A stretch of DNA of 64,000 nucleotides from Mobula hypostoma. Lineage: Eukaryota. The position numbers were made by a program, and so were the translations under genes. Below are positions 1-12,214 of this stretch, one piece after another (position 1 is the first letter of the stretch; each line of letters starts with the position of its first letter). The stretch is from contig NC_086097.1 in the NCBI RefSeq assembly GCF_963921235.1, positions 243,104,001-243,168,000 of the forward strand, written 5' to 3'. The notes below the pieces were generated by a model. That model had not been told where the DNA came from. It was given only the letters and a program-made list of their open reading frames with translations, and did no database searches.

Positions 1-722
1 GACGCAAAAGGACTTGGGAATTATTGAGCGGAACACCCTAAAGATTAACTTGCAGGTAGAGTCAGTGGTGAGGAAGGCAAATGCAATGTTAGCATTTATT
101 TCAAGAGGTCTAGAATACAAGAGCAGGAATGTGATGCTGAGGTTTTATAAGGCTCTGTTGAGGCCTCATCTTGAGTATTGTGAACAGATTTGGGCTCCTC
201 ATTGAAGAAAAGATATGCTGGCATTGGAGAGGGTTCAGAGGCGGATCACAAGGAAGATTCCAGGAATGAAAGGGTTATCATATGAGGAACATTTGATAGT
301 TCTGGGTCTGTACTCATTGGAATTTAGAAGGATAAGGGGGGAATCTCATTGAAACCTTTTGAATATTGAAGTAGATGTGGAAAGATGTTTCCCATGGTAG
401 GGGAGTCTAGGACAAGAGGACATAGCCTCAGGATAGAGGGTCGTCCATTTAAAAAAGAGATATGGTGAAATTTCTTTAGCCAGAGGGTGGTGAATTTCTG
501 GAATTTATCACCACGGGCAGCTGTGGAGGCCAGGTTATTAGATGTATTTAAGGCAGAGCTTGACAGGTTCCTGATTGGACACAGCATCAAAGGTTACAGG
601 AAGATGTTGGGGAGTGGGGCTGAGGAGGGAAAAATAGGATCGGCCATGATTGAATGGTGGAGCAGACTCAATGGGCCAAATGGCCTAATTCTGCTCATAT
701 GTCTTAAGGCCTTATGGTCTTA
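1..722 (+). mobile_element. CR1 LINE 3' fragment (ORF2 C-terminus, 3' UTR and tail)
   Basis: ORF 14..205 has KANAMLAFISRG...RPHLEYC, typical of the CR1 ORF2 C-terminus. It ends in a CR1-type 3' hairpin and a cttatggt tail. Confidence 0.9.
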
Positions 723-1009
723 TTTGATAGATCTCAATGAGATCCCCCCCCCCCCATACTTGTAAACTCCAGTGAGTACAGGCCCAGAGCCATCAAACAG
801 TCCTCATACTCTAACCGTTTCATTCCCAGAGTTATTTTCATGAACATCCTCAAATCTTATTGTTATTTAACTATCCATGAATACTCATGAATACAGCTAA
901 ATGGAACAGCGTTACTCCAGGGCCAAGATGCAAAACGTAGTACCAACACAGCACAAAGCACATATAGGATATCAGTAACACACAATCACACAAATAAAAA
1001 TATATTTTT

Positions 1010-4000
1010 ATATTGTGGACAGATCGCCTCCATGATACCCTGCAGTGGGAGGGAGAACATCCAAAGGTCGTGGTACATATTGGTACCAATAACATAGGTA
1101 GGAAAGGGGAAGAGGTCTTGAAAACAGACTACGGGGAGTTAGGAAGGAAGTTGAGAAGCAGGACCACAAAGGTAGCAATCTTGGGATTACTGCCTGTGCC
1201 ACGTGACAGTGAGTATAGGGATAGAATGAGGTGGAGGATAAATGCATGGCTGACAGATTGGAGCAGGGGGCAGGGATTCTGATTTCTGGATCATTGGGAC
1301 TGCTTTTGGGGCAGGAGTGACCTGTACAAAAAGGACAGGTTGCACTTGAATCCCAGGGGGACCAATATCCTGGGGGGGAGGTTTGCTAAGGCTACTGGGG
1401 AGAGTTTAAACTAGAATTGTTGGGGTGTGGGAACCAAACTGAAGAGACTGGGGAGGAGGCAGTTGGCTCACAAATAGAGAAAGCTTGGAGACAGTGTGTG
1501 AGAGAGGATAGGTAGGTGATAGAGAAGGGACGCGCTCAGACCGACGGTTTGAGATGTGTCTATTTTAACACAAGGGGTATTGTGAACAAAGCGGATGAGC
1601 TTTGACCCGTGGATCAGTACTTGGAGCTATGATGTAGTGGCCATATAGAGACTTGGATGGCTCAGGGACAGGAATGGTTACTTCAAGCGCTGGGTTTTAG
1701 ATGTTTCAGAAAGGACAGGGAGGGAGACAAAAGAGGTGGGGGCATGGCACTGTTGATCAGAGATAGTGTCATGGCTGCAAAAAGGTTGGCGCCATGGAGG
1801 GATTGTCTATGGAGTTTCTGTGGGTGGAGGTTAGGAACAGGAAGGGGTCAATAACTCTACTGGGTGCTTTTTATAGGCTGCCCAATGGTAACATGGATAT
1901 CGAGGAGCAGATAGGGAAACAGATCCTGGAAAGGTGTAGTAATAATAACAGAGTTGTCGTGATAGGAGATGTTAATTACCCAAATATCAATTGGCATCTC
2001 CCAAGAGCAAGGGGTTTAGATGGGGTGGAGTTTGTTAGGTGTGTTCAGGAAGGTTTCTTGACACAATATGCAGATAAGCCTACAAGGGGAGAGACTGTAC
2101 TTGATTTGGTACTGGGAAATGAACCTGGTCAGGTGTCAGATCTCCCAGTGGAAGAGCATTTTGGAGATAGTGATCATAATTCTATCTCCTTTACAATAGC
2201 ATTGGAGAGAGATAGGAACAGACAAGATAGAAAAGTGTTTAATTGCAGTAAGGGGAATTATGAGGCTATCAGGCAGGAACGTGGAAGCTTAAATTGGGAA
2301 AAGATGTCCTCAGGGAAAGGTACGGAAGAAATGTGGCAAATGTTCGGGGGATATTTGTGTGGTGTTCTGCGTTGGTATGTTCCAATGAGACAGGGAAGTT
2401 ATGGTAGGGTACTGGAACTGTGGTGTACAAAGGCTGCAATAAATCTAGTCAAGAAGAAAAGAAAAGCTTACAAAAGGTTCAGAGAGCTATGTAGTTGTAG
2501 AGATCTAGAGGATTATAAGGTGAACAGGAAGGAATTTAAGAAGGAAATTAGGAGAGCCAGAAGGGGCCATGAGAAGGCCTTGCCGGGCAGGATTAAGGAA
2601 AACCCCAAGGCATTCTACAAGTATGTGAAGAGCAGGAGGATAAGATGTGAAAGAATAGGAACTGTCAAGTGTGACAATGGGAAGTGTGGAACCGGAGGAA
2701 ATAGCAGAGGTACTTAATGAATACTTTACTTCAGTACTCACTATGGAAAAGGATCTTGGTGATTGTAGTGATGACTTGCAGCGGACTGAAAAGCTTGAGC
2801 ATGTAGATATTAAGAAAGACGATGCGCTGGAGCTTTTGGAAAGCATCAAGTTCGATAAGTCGCTGCAACCGTATGAGATGTACCCCAAGGAGGAGAGGGA
2901 GGAGATTGCTGAGCCTCTGGTGATGATCTTTGCATTATCAATGGGGACAGGAGAGGTTCTGGCGGATTGAAGGGTGACGGATATTGTTCCCTTATTCAAG
3001 AAAGGGAGTAGATATAGCTCAGGAAATTATAGACCAGTGAGCCTTACCTTAGTGGTTGGTAAGTTGATGGAGAAGATCCTGAGAAGCAGGATTTATGAAC
3101 ATTTGGAGAGGTATAATATGATTAGGAATAGTCAGCATGGCTTTGCCAAGGGCAGGTCGTGCCTTGCGAGCCTGATTGAATTTTTTGAGGATGTGACTAA
3201 ACACATTGATGAAGGAAGAGCAGTAGATGTAGTGTATATTGATTTCAGTAAGGCATTTGATAAGGTACCCCATGCAAGGCTTATTGAGAAAGTAAGGAGA
3301 CATGGGATACCAGGGGACATTGCTTTGTGGATCCAGAACTGGCTTGCCCACAGAAGGCAAAGAGTGGTTGTAGATGGGTCATATTCTGCATGGAGGTCGG
3401 TGACCGTTGGTGTGCCTTGGTGATCTGTTCTGGGACCCTTACCCTTCATGATTTTTATAAGTGACCTGGATGAGGAAGTGGAGGGATGGGTTAGTAAGTT
3501 TTGCTGATGACACAAAGGTTGGGAGTGTTGTGGATAGTGTGGAGGGCTGTCAGAGGTTACAGCGGGACATTGATTGGATACTAAACTGGGCTGAGAAGTG
3601 GCAGATGGGGTTCAACCCAGATAAGTGTGAGGTAGTTCATTTTGGTAGGTCAAATATGATGGCGGGATGTAGTTTTAATGGTAAGACTCTTGGGAGTGTG
3701 GAGGATCAGAGGGATCTTGGAGTCCGAGTCCATAGGATGCTTAAAGCAGCTGCGCAGGTTGACTCTGTGGTTTAGAAGGCATAAGGTGTATTGGCTTTCA
3801 TCAATGGTGGAATTGAATTTAGGAGCTGAGAGGTAATATTGCAGCTACATAGGACTCTTGTCAGACCCCACTTGGAGTACTGTGTTCAGTTCTGGTCACC
3901 TCACTGCAGGAAGGATGTGGAAACCATAGAAAGGGTGCAGAGGAGATTTGCAAGGATGTTGCCTGGATTGGGGAGCATGCCTTATGAAAACAGGTTGAGT

Positions 4001-4148
4001 GAACTTGACCTCTTCTCCTTGGAGCGACGGAGGATGAGAGGTGACTTGACAGAGATGTATAAGATGATGAGAGGCATTGATCGTGTGGATAGTCAGAGGC
4101 TTTTTCCCAGGGCTGAAATGGCTGCCACAAGAGGGCACAGGTTTAAGG
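1010..4148 (+). mobile_element. CR1 LINE, degenerate: ORF1 esterase part, ORF2 APE endonuclease and RT; 3' end missing
   Basis: VVVHIGTNN esterase block (1013..1282). APE motifs GDVNYP and DLVL...SDHNS (1794..2717). RT motifs NYRPVSLT, DFSKAFDKV and FADD (2974..3775). Multiple stops and frameshifts. Confidence 0.93.
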
Positions 4149-4717
4149 ACCTGGAGTATTGTGTGCAGTTTTGGTCTGCTAATCTGAGGAAAGACATTCT
4201 TGCCATAGAGGGAGTACAAAGAAGGTTCACCAGATTGATTCCTGGGATGGCAGGACTTTCATATGATGAAAGATTGGATCAGCTAGGCTTATACTCTGTG
4301 GAATTTGGAAGATTGAGGGGGGATCTTATTGAAACGTATAAAATTCTAAAGGGATTGGACAGGCTAGATGTAGGAAGATTGTTCCCGATTTTGGGGAAGT
4401 CCAGAACGAGGGGTCACAGTTTGAGGATAAAGGGGAAGCCTTTTAGGACCGAGATTAGGGAAAACTTCTTCACACAGAGAGTGGTGAATCTGTGGAATTT
4501 TCTGCCACAGGAAACAGTTGAGGCCAGTTCATTGGCTATATTTAAGAGGGAGTTAGATATGGCCCTTGTGGCTAAAGGGATCAAGGGGTATGGAGGGAAG
4601 GCTGGTACAGGGTTCTGAGTTGGATGATCAGCCATGATCATAATAAATGGCGGTGCAGGCTCGAAGGGCCGAATGGCCTACTCCTGCACCTATTTTCTAT
4701 GTTTCTATGTTTCTATG
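4149..4717 (+). mobile_element. Second CR1 subfamily, 5'-truncated 3' end with (CTATGTTT)n tail
   Basis: Restarts at LEYCVQFWS and is nearly identical to the minus-strand copy at 32868-33430. Tail ctatgtttctatgtttctatgt. Confidence 0.9.
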
Positions 4718-5982
4718 TCTTCTCCAACATCCAATAAGAGCTTGGAATATCATCCTTCTCCCTCACTCAATTGCATGTTTCTCTTCAATTGAAACTTGAT
4801 GAAGCTTCTTCATAAGTAGGATTTTTTAATGCATGAATTCTCCATATTAGCATCATTTCTGTGTTTCACAACTGCTAGAACCTGAAGGAAATTGCCACAG
4901 CAACTGGTTAAAATACTCCTGAAGGCCTCATTCTTGCTGCATACATCACGAAGAGTCTGGTCCATGGTTTTGAAGCTCTCTCTCTTAATCATGGGGTACT
5001 TATCCCAGACAATAAGCCTCACATTTTGGAGTATATTTGCAGTATTGGTTTTTTTTTATCGATGTTACAAATGGCATCTTCATTGACTTTGAGGAGTATT
5101 TTGAATCTTGAATTCTCTGTCCTATTACCAGGCATCAATTTTGCTGCAATACCTGATGATGCTACAGCAGTAGCAACACCACCATCTCTCCTAACTTTCG
5201 CGAGGATCAAGTTGATGATAAATGTCTTGCCTGTTCCTCCTGGTGCATTAATGAAAATCATTGAAGACAGATTCCTTTCCAAGCAGTTGCAAACATATTC
5301 ATATACTTCTCTTTGCTCATTATTCAATAGGGTACTCTTTGTCGCATATTCTCAAGTTGATCTTTCCTTTTCTCCTCTGTCTCTTTCTCTCTCCTCCTTC
5401 TCTGCATGTTTTTGTCATTCTGGAGACGCGTAGCCTTTTCATCCTTCTTCATCTCTTCTACCATTTGTTCTTTCTCTCTGATCCTGGAGTCGTGCAACCC
5501 TGGCTTGATCCGATTCTTGTTCTCTCCTCCTTCTGTGCCTATTGTTGTCATTTTGGAGACATGCATGCCCCTCCTCCTCTGTCTCTTCTTCTCTCATCTT
5601 TTTTGTCCTGACTCTTTGATCCTGGAGTCGAGCGGCCCTGGCCTCATCCAATTCTTGTTCTCTCCCTCTCCTTGTCACTTCTCGATGACGTTTGGTGTCA
5701 TCTCTTGACCATAATGTCCCCCTTCTCTTCCCACGCAGCATAATTAGGCTGTCCATATTTTTTTACCCTAATGCTTGATAGAAGATACGAAGCAGTAACA
5801 CCAAAGCCTCCGGGATGCTGATTTTTCTTGATGATGTGGTTGGCGCTCTCCCAAATGGATGTGACAGCCCTGCCCTTTTGCTGCTGTGAGCATCATGAGG
5901 GGCTGCTGAGGCTGGCCATGTGCATGCATCGTGGTGTCGCATCGCAGTTTCCATGGAAGGTGGAATCAGCTCTGTGAGCATC
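4718..5982 (-). mobile_element. Helitron, internally deleted: N-terminal 23-aa repeats joined to a PIF1-family helicase remnant
   Basis: Walker A NAPGGTGKT and AVASSGIAA (5019..5327). Decayed motif II IVWDK and motif III GNFLQ (4810..5022). ExxExRxxRL repeats at 5324..5756. Confidence 0.88.
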
Positions 5983-7477
5983 ATGACTCTAAACTGCAAC
6001 TGGTGATGAGGCTCTGACTGGGGACTTTCAGAGCTTTTGGAAAAGTGGTTTTACCCCTTAGTCATTCATTGCTCCCAGGGCTGCTCTGACCTGGAACGGT
6101 AGCACCTGCAAGGGTTCCTGCTCAGAATACGAGCGAAGGCCAACGGCAGATCCGGCAGGTTCAGTAACTGAACTTATGATGGAGAAGGTGGATGAATTAG
6201 GACCTCAAATGTCAACGGCTATAGTACAGGTGGATGAACATTTGGGAAGAGAAATGGCGATTTCTTTAGTTCGTCCAGCGGTAGGCAATACCAAACCACC
6301 ATTGCAATTTGCTAAGAAAACCATGGTCAAACTCACAAAATGTATCACACAACAACAGTGGCAAGAGGATCTTCAAGACAACTCTGAAGATGTTTCGCTC
6401 GGTAGGGTTGATTCTGGCCAGCAGGGGATTCCCGACCATCATCAAGCTACTGCTCATAAAATTAAAGTAACACAAAAGAAAATTATTGCCACTTGGAATG
6501 TAAGAACCCTATATCAAGCAGGAAGATTGGACAATATGATAAATGAAATGGAAAGACTAAAGATTAACATCATGGGAATTAGCGAAGTTCGTTGGATAGG
6601 CGCTGGAACATGTCAGATTAGAAATAAAACACTAGTTTATTCTTGTGGAACATCCCATACTAATGGAGTAGGAATAGTTATGGATGAAAACATGGCAAAA
6701 AGTGTTTTAGGACATTGGGCAATATCAGAAAGAATGCTCCTTGTTAGATTCAGAGGACAACCATTTGATTTAGGTATATGCACCAACAACAGATGGAACA
6801 AATGAAGATATAGATAAATTCTATGAAGAGCTTGAACAAGCAAAGAATGGATGCAAATCTCAATATATTGTTATTGTCATGGGAGATCTAAATGCTAAAG
6901 TAGGTCAAGATGCTGATGGAAATACCATAGGAAAATTTGGACTAGGGGAAAGAAATGAAAGAGGTGAGAAATGGATAGAATGGTGCAAACTGAATAATCA
7001 GGTCATTATGAATACCTACTTTAAAAACCATCCAAGATGCTTGTGGACCTGGAAAAGTCCAGGTGATAACACTAGAAATCAAATTGACTTTATTATTATA
7101 AACCAAAGATTTAGAAACTCAGTGATTCAATGCAAAACATATCCAGGTGCAGACTGTAATAGTGACCATAACCCAGTAATATGTCATGTAAAAGTAAAAC
7201 TTAAAAAACTAAAGAGACAAAAACCTGAACAATCCCCTGACTACTTGCAATTAATTAAAGAAGAAAACTTAAAACAAAGATTTGCAATTGAAGTAAGGAA
7301 TAGATTTCAAATCTAGAAATAGAATCTGTTGAAGATGATAGCAATCATGTAGAAAAGAAATTTAACTCTCTAAAGGATGCCTTGGTAGAATCAGCAAAGT
7401 CAGTGATTCCTAAAAAAGAAAAAAAAGCACAAAGAATAAATGGATGACAGATGAAATTAAAAATCTAATGGAAGAAA
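5983..7477 (+). mobile_element. RTE-clade LINE, 5' part (5' region and APE endonuclease)
   Basis: IATWNVRTL, GISEVRW, MGDLNAKVG, NQIDFI and SDHNPV APE motifs. Left TSD TGAGCATC at 5975-5982. Confidence 0.92.
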
Positions 7478-9138
7478 TTCATTTTCTTCAGCAGTTGAAC
7501 GGGGCATGACTGCGCAAGTACGTGAAAGTTGGACCGTGAGGCAGCGGGAGAGTTTAAAATCAAGCAGATTAATGGAGTGGGCGATGGAATAGTGGGAGAC
7601 AGAGTAGGAAGGCTTTGGCTTGAAAGGCTTATGCGAGCAGAGGCTGAAGGACGAGTTTTACTCCAAGTGAGGTAAGGCCGGGTAAGTTCCTTTAACTAAT
7701 TTAATTACCTTAGGAGTAGGTAATGGAAGCAGCAGTTAGGGCAGTTGAGTGCTCCATATGCAGTATGTAGGAAGTCAGGGCGAGCACAATCGTCCCTGAT
7801 GACTACACCTGTAAAAGGTGCATCCAGTTGCAGCTCCTGACAAACTGAGTTAGGGAACTGGAACTGGAGCTGGATGAAATTAAGATCATTCATGAGGCAG
7901 AGGCAGAAATAAACAGGAGTTACAGGGAGATAGTCACCCCTAAGAGTCAGGAGACAGGTAGCTGGGTGACTGTCAGGAGAGGGAAGGGGAATAGACAGAA
8001 TGAGCAGAGCACCCCTGTGGCCGTTCCCACAATAATAAGTATATCATACTGTTGATAGGGACGACCTAGCAGGGACAAGTTGCAGTGGTTGCATCTCTGG
8101 CACTGAGACGGGACCATCAGCTCAGAAGAGAAGGAGGTAAAAGAGGAGAGCAGTAGTGATAGGGGATTCGATAGTTAGGGGGACAGATAAGAGGTTCTGT
8201 GGAAGAGATCGAGAATCCCGGATGGTCTGTTGTCTCCCTGGTGCCAAGGTCCGCGATATCTCAGATTGAGTTCTCAGTACTCTCAAAAGGGAGGGTGAGC
8301 AGTCGGATGTCGTGGTCCATGTAGGGACCAATGATGTGGGTAGGAAGAGTGAGGAGGTCCTGAAAGATGAGTTTAGGGGGTTAGGCGCCAAGTTAAAGGA
8401 CAGGAACTCCAGGATAGCAATCTCAGGATTGCTACCAGTGCCACGTGCAGGCGAGTTTAGAAATAGTAAGGTAGCGCAGATCAACACATGACTGAAGACA
8501 TGGTGCAGGAGGGAGGGTTTCAGATTTATAGGTAATTGGGCAGTTTTCCAGGGAAGGTGGAACCTGTTCTGGCGGGATGGTTTACATCTGAACTGGAGGG
8601 GGACAAATATTCTTGCAGGTAGATTTGCTAGAGAGGCTCCAGTGGATTTAAACTAGATACAAGGTGGGAGGGGAACCAGAGTGTAGGAACAGATGTAGGG
8701 GACAAGGAAGAAAAAGAAAATAGTAAAGTTGTTTTCACCATTAGTGATAAACAGAGAGTAAGAGGTGGAAAATTTCTTAAATGCATTTATTTTAACGCTA
8801 GAAACATTATAAGAAAGGTGGATGAGCTTAAAGCATGGATTGATACCTGGAAGTATGATGTGGTAGCTATTAGTGAAACATGGTTGCAGGACGGATGTGA
8901 TTGGCAACTAAGTATTCCTGGATTTCGTTGCTTCAGGTGTGATAGAATCGGAGGGACAAGAGGGGGAGGTGTTGCATTGCTTATCAGAGAAAATATTACT
9001 ATGCTGTGGCAGGATAGATTAGAGGGCTCATCTAGGGAGGCTATTTGGTTGGAATTGAGGAATGGGAAAGGTGTAGTAACACTTAAAGGGGTGCATTATA
9101 GACCACCTAATGGGGAGCAAGAATTGGAGGAGCAAATT

Positions 9139-9803
9139 AGATTATGAGGACACTCAGTCCTCGTTTATTGTCATCTAGAAATGCATGCATTAAGAAATGA
9201 TATAATATTCCTCCAGAGTGATATCACAGGACAAACCAAAGACTAACACTGACAGAACCACATGATTATAACATATATTTACAGCAGTGCAAAGCAATAC
9301 CATAATTTAATAAAGAGCAGACCATGGGCACAGTAAAAAAAGTCTCAAAGTCCTGATCGACTCCCGATAGTCCCCGATAGCAGGCGGCAAAAGGGAGAAA
9401 CTCCCTGCCATAAATCTCCAGGCACCGACAACTGCCAATGCATTGGAAGCACCCGACCACAGCCGACACTGAGTCCGTCCGTCCGAAAACTTTGAGCCTC
9501 CAACCAACCCCTCCGATACAGCCTTCCGAGCGCCATCCTCTGCCAAGTGCCTTCGACCTCGCCCCAGCCGCCGAAACAAGCGAAGCCGAGGATTCGGGGC
9601 CTTCTCCTCCGGAGATTCCGGACCACACAGTAACAGCGGCAGTGAAGCGGGCGTTTCAGAAGTTTCTCCAGATGTTCCTCCGTACTTTCATGTCTGTCTC
9701 CATCAAATCAGAATTGTGCACGGTACCCTACTTAACACATAACAGATATCATTCACTGGAGTGGCCGCGCGCGCTGCGTCGCGCCACCATCTTCTCCTCC
9801 TCC
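9139..9803 (-). mobile_element. ~660-bp non-autonomous SINE-like retroelement with GC-rich 5' end (GGAGAAGATGG...)
   Basis: Interrupts CR1 APE (EQI|CKE). A second copy lies on the + strand at 55981-56632. AATAAA near its 3' end. Confidence 0.8.
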
Positions 9804-10449
9804 TTGTAAGGAGATAGCAGATATTTGTAGTAAGCACAAGGTTGTGATTGTGGGAGATTCACATAGACTGGGAAGCCCATACTGTAAAAGGGCTGGATGG
9901 TTTGGAGTTTGTAAGATGTGTGCAGGGTAGTTTTTTGCAGCAATACATAGAGGAACCAACTAGAGAAGGGGCAGTGTTCGATTTCCTGTTAGGGAATGAG
10001 ATAGGTCAGGTGATGGAAGTATGTGTTGGGGAGCACTTCTGGTCCAGTGATCACAATGCCATAAGTTTCAATATAATTATGGAGATGGATAGGTCTGGAC
10101 CCAGGGTTGAGATTTTTGATTGGAGAAAGGCTAACTTTAAGGAGATGTGAAAGGATTTGGAAGGAGTGGATTGGGACAATTTGTTTTATGGGAAGGATGT
10201 AATAGAGAAATGGAGGTCATTTAAAGGTGAAAATTTGAGGGTACAGAATCTTTATATTCCTGGTAGGTTGAAAAGAAAGGTTAAAAGTTTGAGAGAGCCA
10301 TGATTTTCAAGGGATATTGGAAACTTGGTTCAGAAAAAGAGAGATATCTACAATAAATATCGGCAGCATGGAGTAAATGAGGTGCTTGAGGAATATAAAG
10401 AATGTAAAGAGAATCTTAAGAAAGAACTTAGGAAAGCTAAAAGAAGATA

Positions 10450-12017
10450 CAGGTTTCCCCCGTCATCCGAAGGTAGAGTGTTCCTATGAAATGGTTTGTA
10501 AGCCGAAATGTCGTAAAGCGAAGAAGCAATTACCATTTATTTATATGGGAAAATTTTGTGAGCATTTGCAGACCCAAAAATAACCTACCAAATCATGCCA
10601 AATATCACATAAAACCTAAAATAACAGTAGCATATAGTGAAAGCAGGAATGACATGATAAATACACAGCCTATATAAAGTAGAAATACTTTTCCACAATC
10701 ATTACTGAACTGTTTTCTGTAGCGAAAATCTCACACAAGCGCCGTCGGCAGAAAATCTCACGCAAGCGCTGTTGGCAAAAACACGGCGCAAGCGCTCTCC
10801 AGTAACCTTTAAGCTATGAAGCTGCCAAATCATACCAAATGATACATAAAAATACACAGTCTATATAAAGTAGAAATAATGTATGTACAGTGTAGTATCA
10901 CTTACTGGAATCGGGAAGACAGCGCCGAGCACACGGATGATGGTGTGTTAGACTGAGTCGTCGCAGGTTGGGGTGGTGCAGTGGCCCCACCCTCCAGGCC
11001 GCCGAGCAATACATTGCCGCGAAACATGCAGGGGTCCAACGGTAGCCAGGAGGCACACAGTACATCTTTAAGAAAAAAGCCGAAACAAACATACTAATTA
11101 ATTAGGTGCCGCCCGGCACGTAATTGTCATCCCAGATCAGTGCCGATTTATGATTGCATCGTCTCTAATCTGGGCCGACAATTACGTGTCGGCGGTACCT
11201 AATTAATTAGCATGCTTATTTCGGCTTTTTTCTTAAAGATGTGCTGTGTGCCTCCGGGCTACCATTGCATTCTCCGCGAATCGGTATCTGTCTGTGGCCT
11301 GGGGGCTGGGGTGGTGGGACACTGGGGTGTCATCTCGTCATCGTCTGTTTCCATTAGGGCAGGCAGCTCATCTTCTCCTATGACTGCTCGCATCGATGTC
11401 GAAGGTCGAGGTTCGTCATCTGCTGTGGCTGATGTGGAAGGCTTGCTTGACTGCTGAGCCTCGCGCATTTTTCTATCACACACTTCTTTGTAAGGACTCA
11501 AACCATCCTGCAAATATCCCCTAAACCGACGTATCCTTTCAAAATTAAAGTCGTACTTTATCATTATTCATTCGGTTTCGATTGTTATCCTTTTTTCTTC
11601 CAATTGCATCAGCTCTTCATCTGTCAGTTCTTGGTCGTGGGATACCAAAACCTCTTCAACATCATCTTCATCAGCTTCCACAAGCCAAACTCACTTTGTC
11701 CTTACTTCGTTCACCACGATCGAAATGCTTAATTATGTCTAGTTTTACGCTAAGTGTAACACCCTTACGAGCTCTTTTAGGCTTTTCTGATACCATAGAA
11801 CTCATCTTGCAAACGGCTGCTCACAGGCACGTGTTAAAGCAATGCCAGCGAGAATCCGGGGAGAGCGGCTGCTCGGGGCGCGTGCTGCCTTTTATCGCAC
11901 GCTGAATTTTTTGTAACAGTGAAAACACCTTCTGAAAGCGAAAACAGGGTACTAATGTAGGTCTTTCGTAACAGTGAGGATTCGTAAAGCGAACGTTTGA
12001 AAAGCAGGGGACACCCG
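10450..12017 (-). mobile_element. Tigger/pogo-type DNA transposon, internal deletion derivative
   Basis: TA duplicated at 10448-49 and 12018-19. Imperfect TIRs CAGGTTTCCCCCG / CGGGTGTCCCCTG. Minus-strand ATG at 11805 gives KPKRARKGVTLSVKLDIIKHFDRGE (CENP-B/psq-type HTH start), then the acidic C-terminus SHDQELTDEELMQLEE. No DDD core. Confidence 0.88.
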
Positions 12018-12214
12018 TACAAGGTTGCTTTGGCAAGTAAGGTGAAGATAAATCCAGAGGGTTTCTACAGTTATATTAATAGCAAAAGGATAGTGAGGGA
12101 TAAAATTGGTCCCTTAGAGAATCAGAGTGGACAGCAATGTGTGGAGCCAAAAGAGACGGGGGAGATTTTGAACGATTTCTTTTCTTGGGTATTCACTCAG
12201 GAGAAGGATATTGA

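Noticed and set aside
2505..3515. Antisense ORFs over CR1 RT (also at 30148, 38733 and 40750)
   Set aside because: Shadow frames of LINE coding sequence with no independent motifs.
4810..5327. Host PIF1 helicase gene
   Set aside because: Intronless, frameshifted and with a mutated Walker B. It is linked to a Helitron 5' TC terminus.
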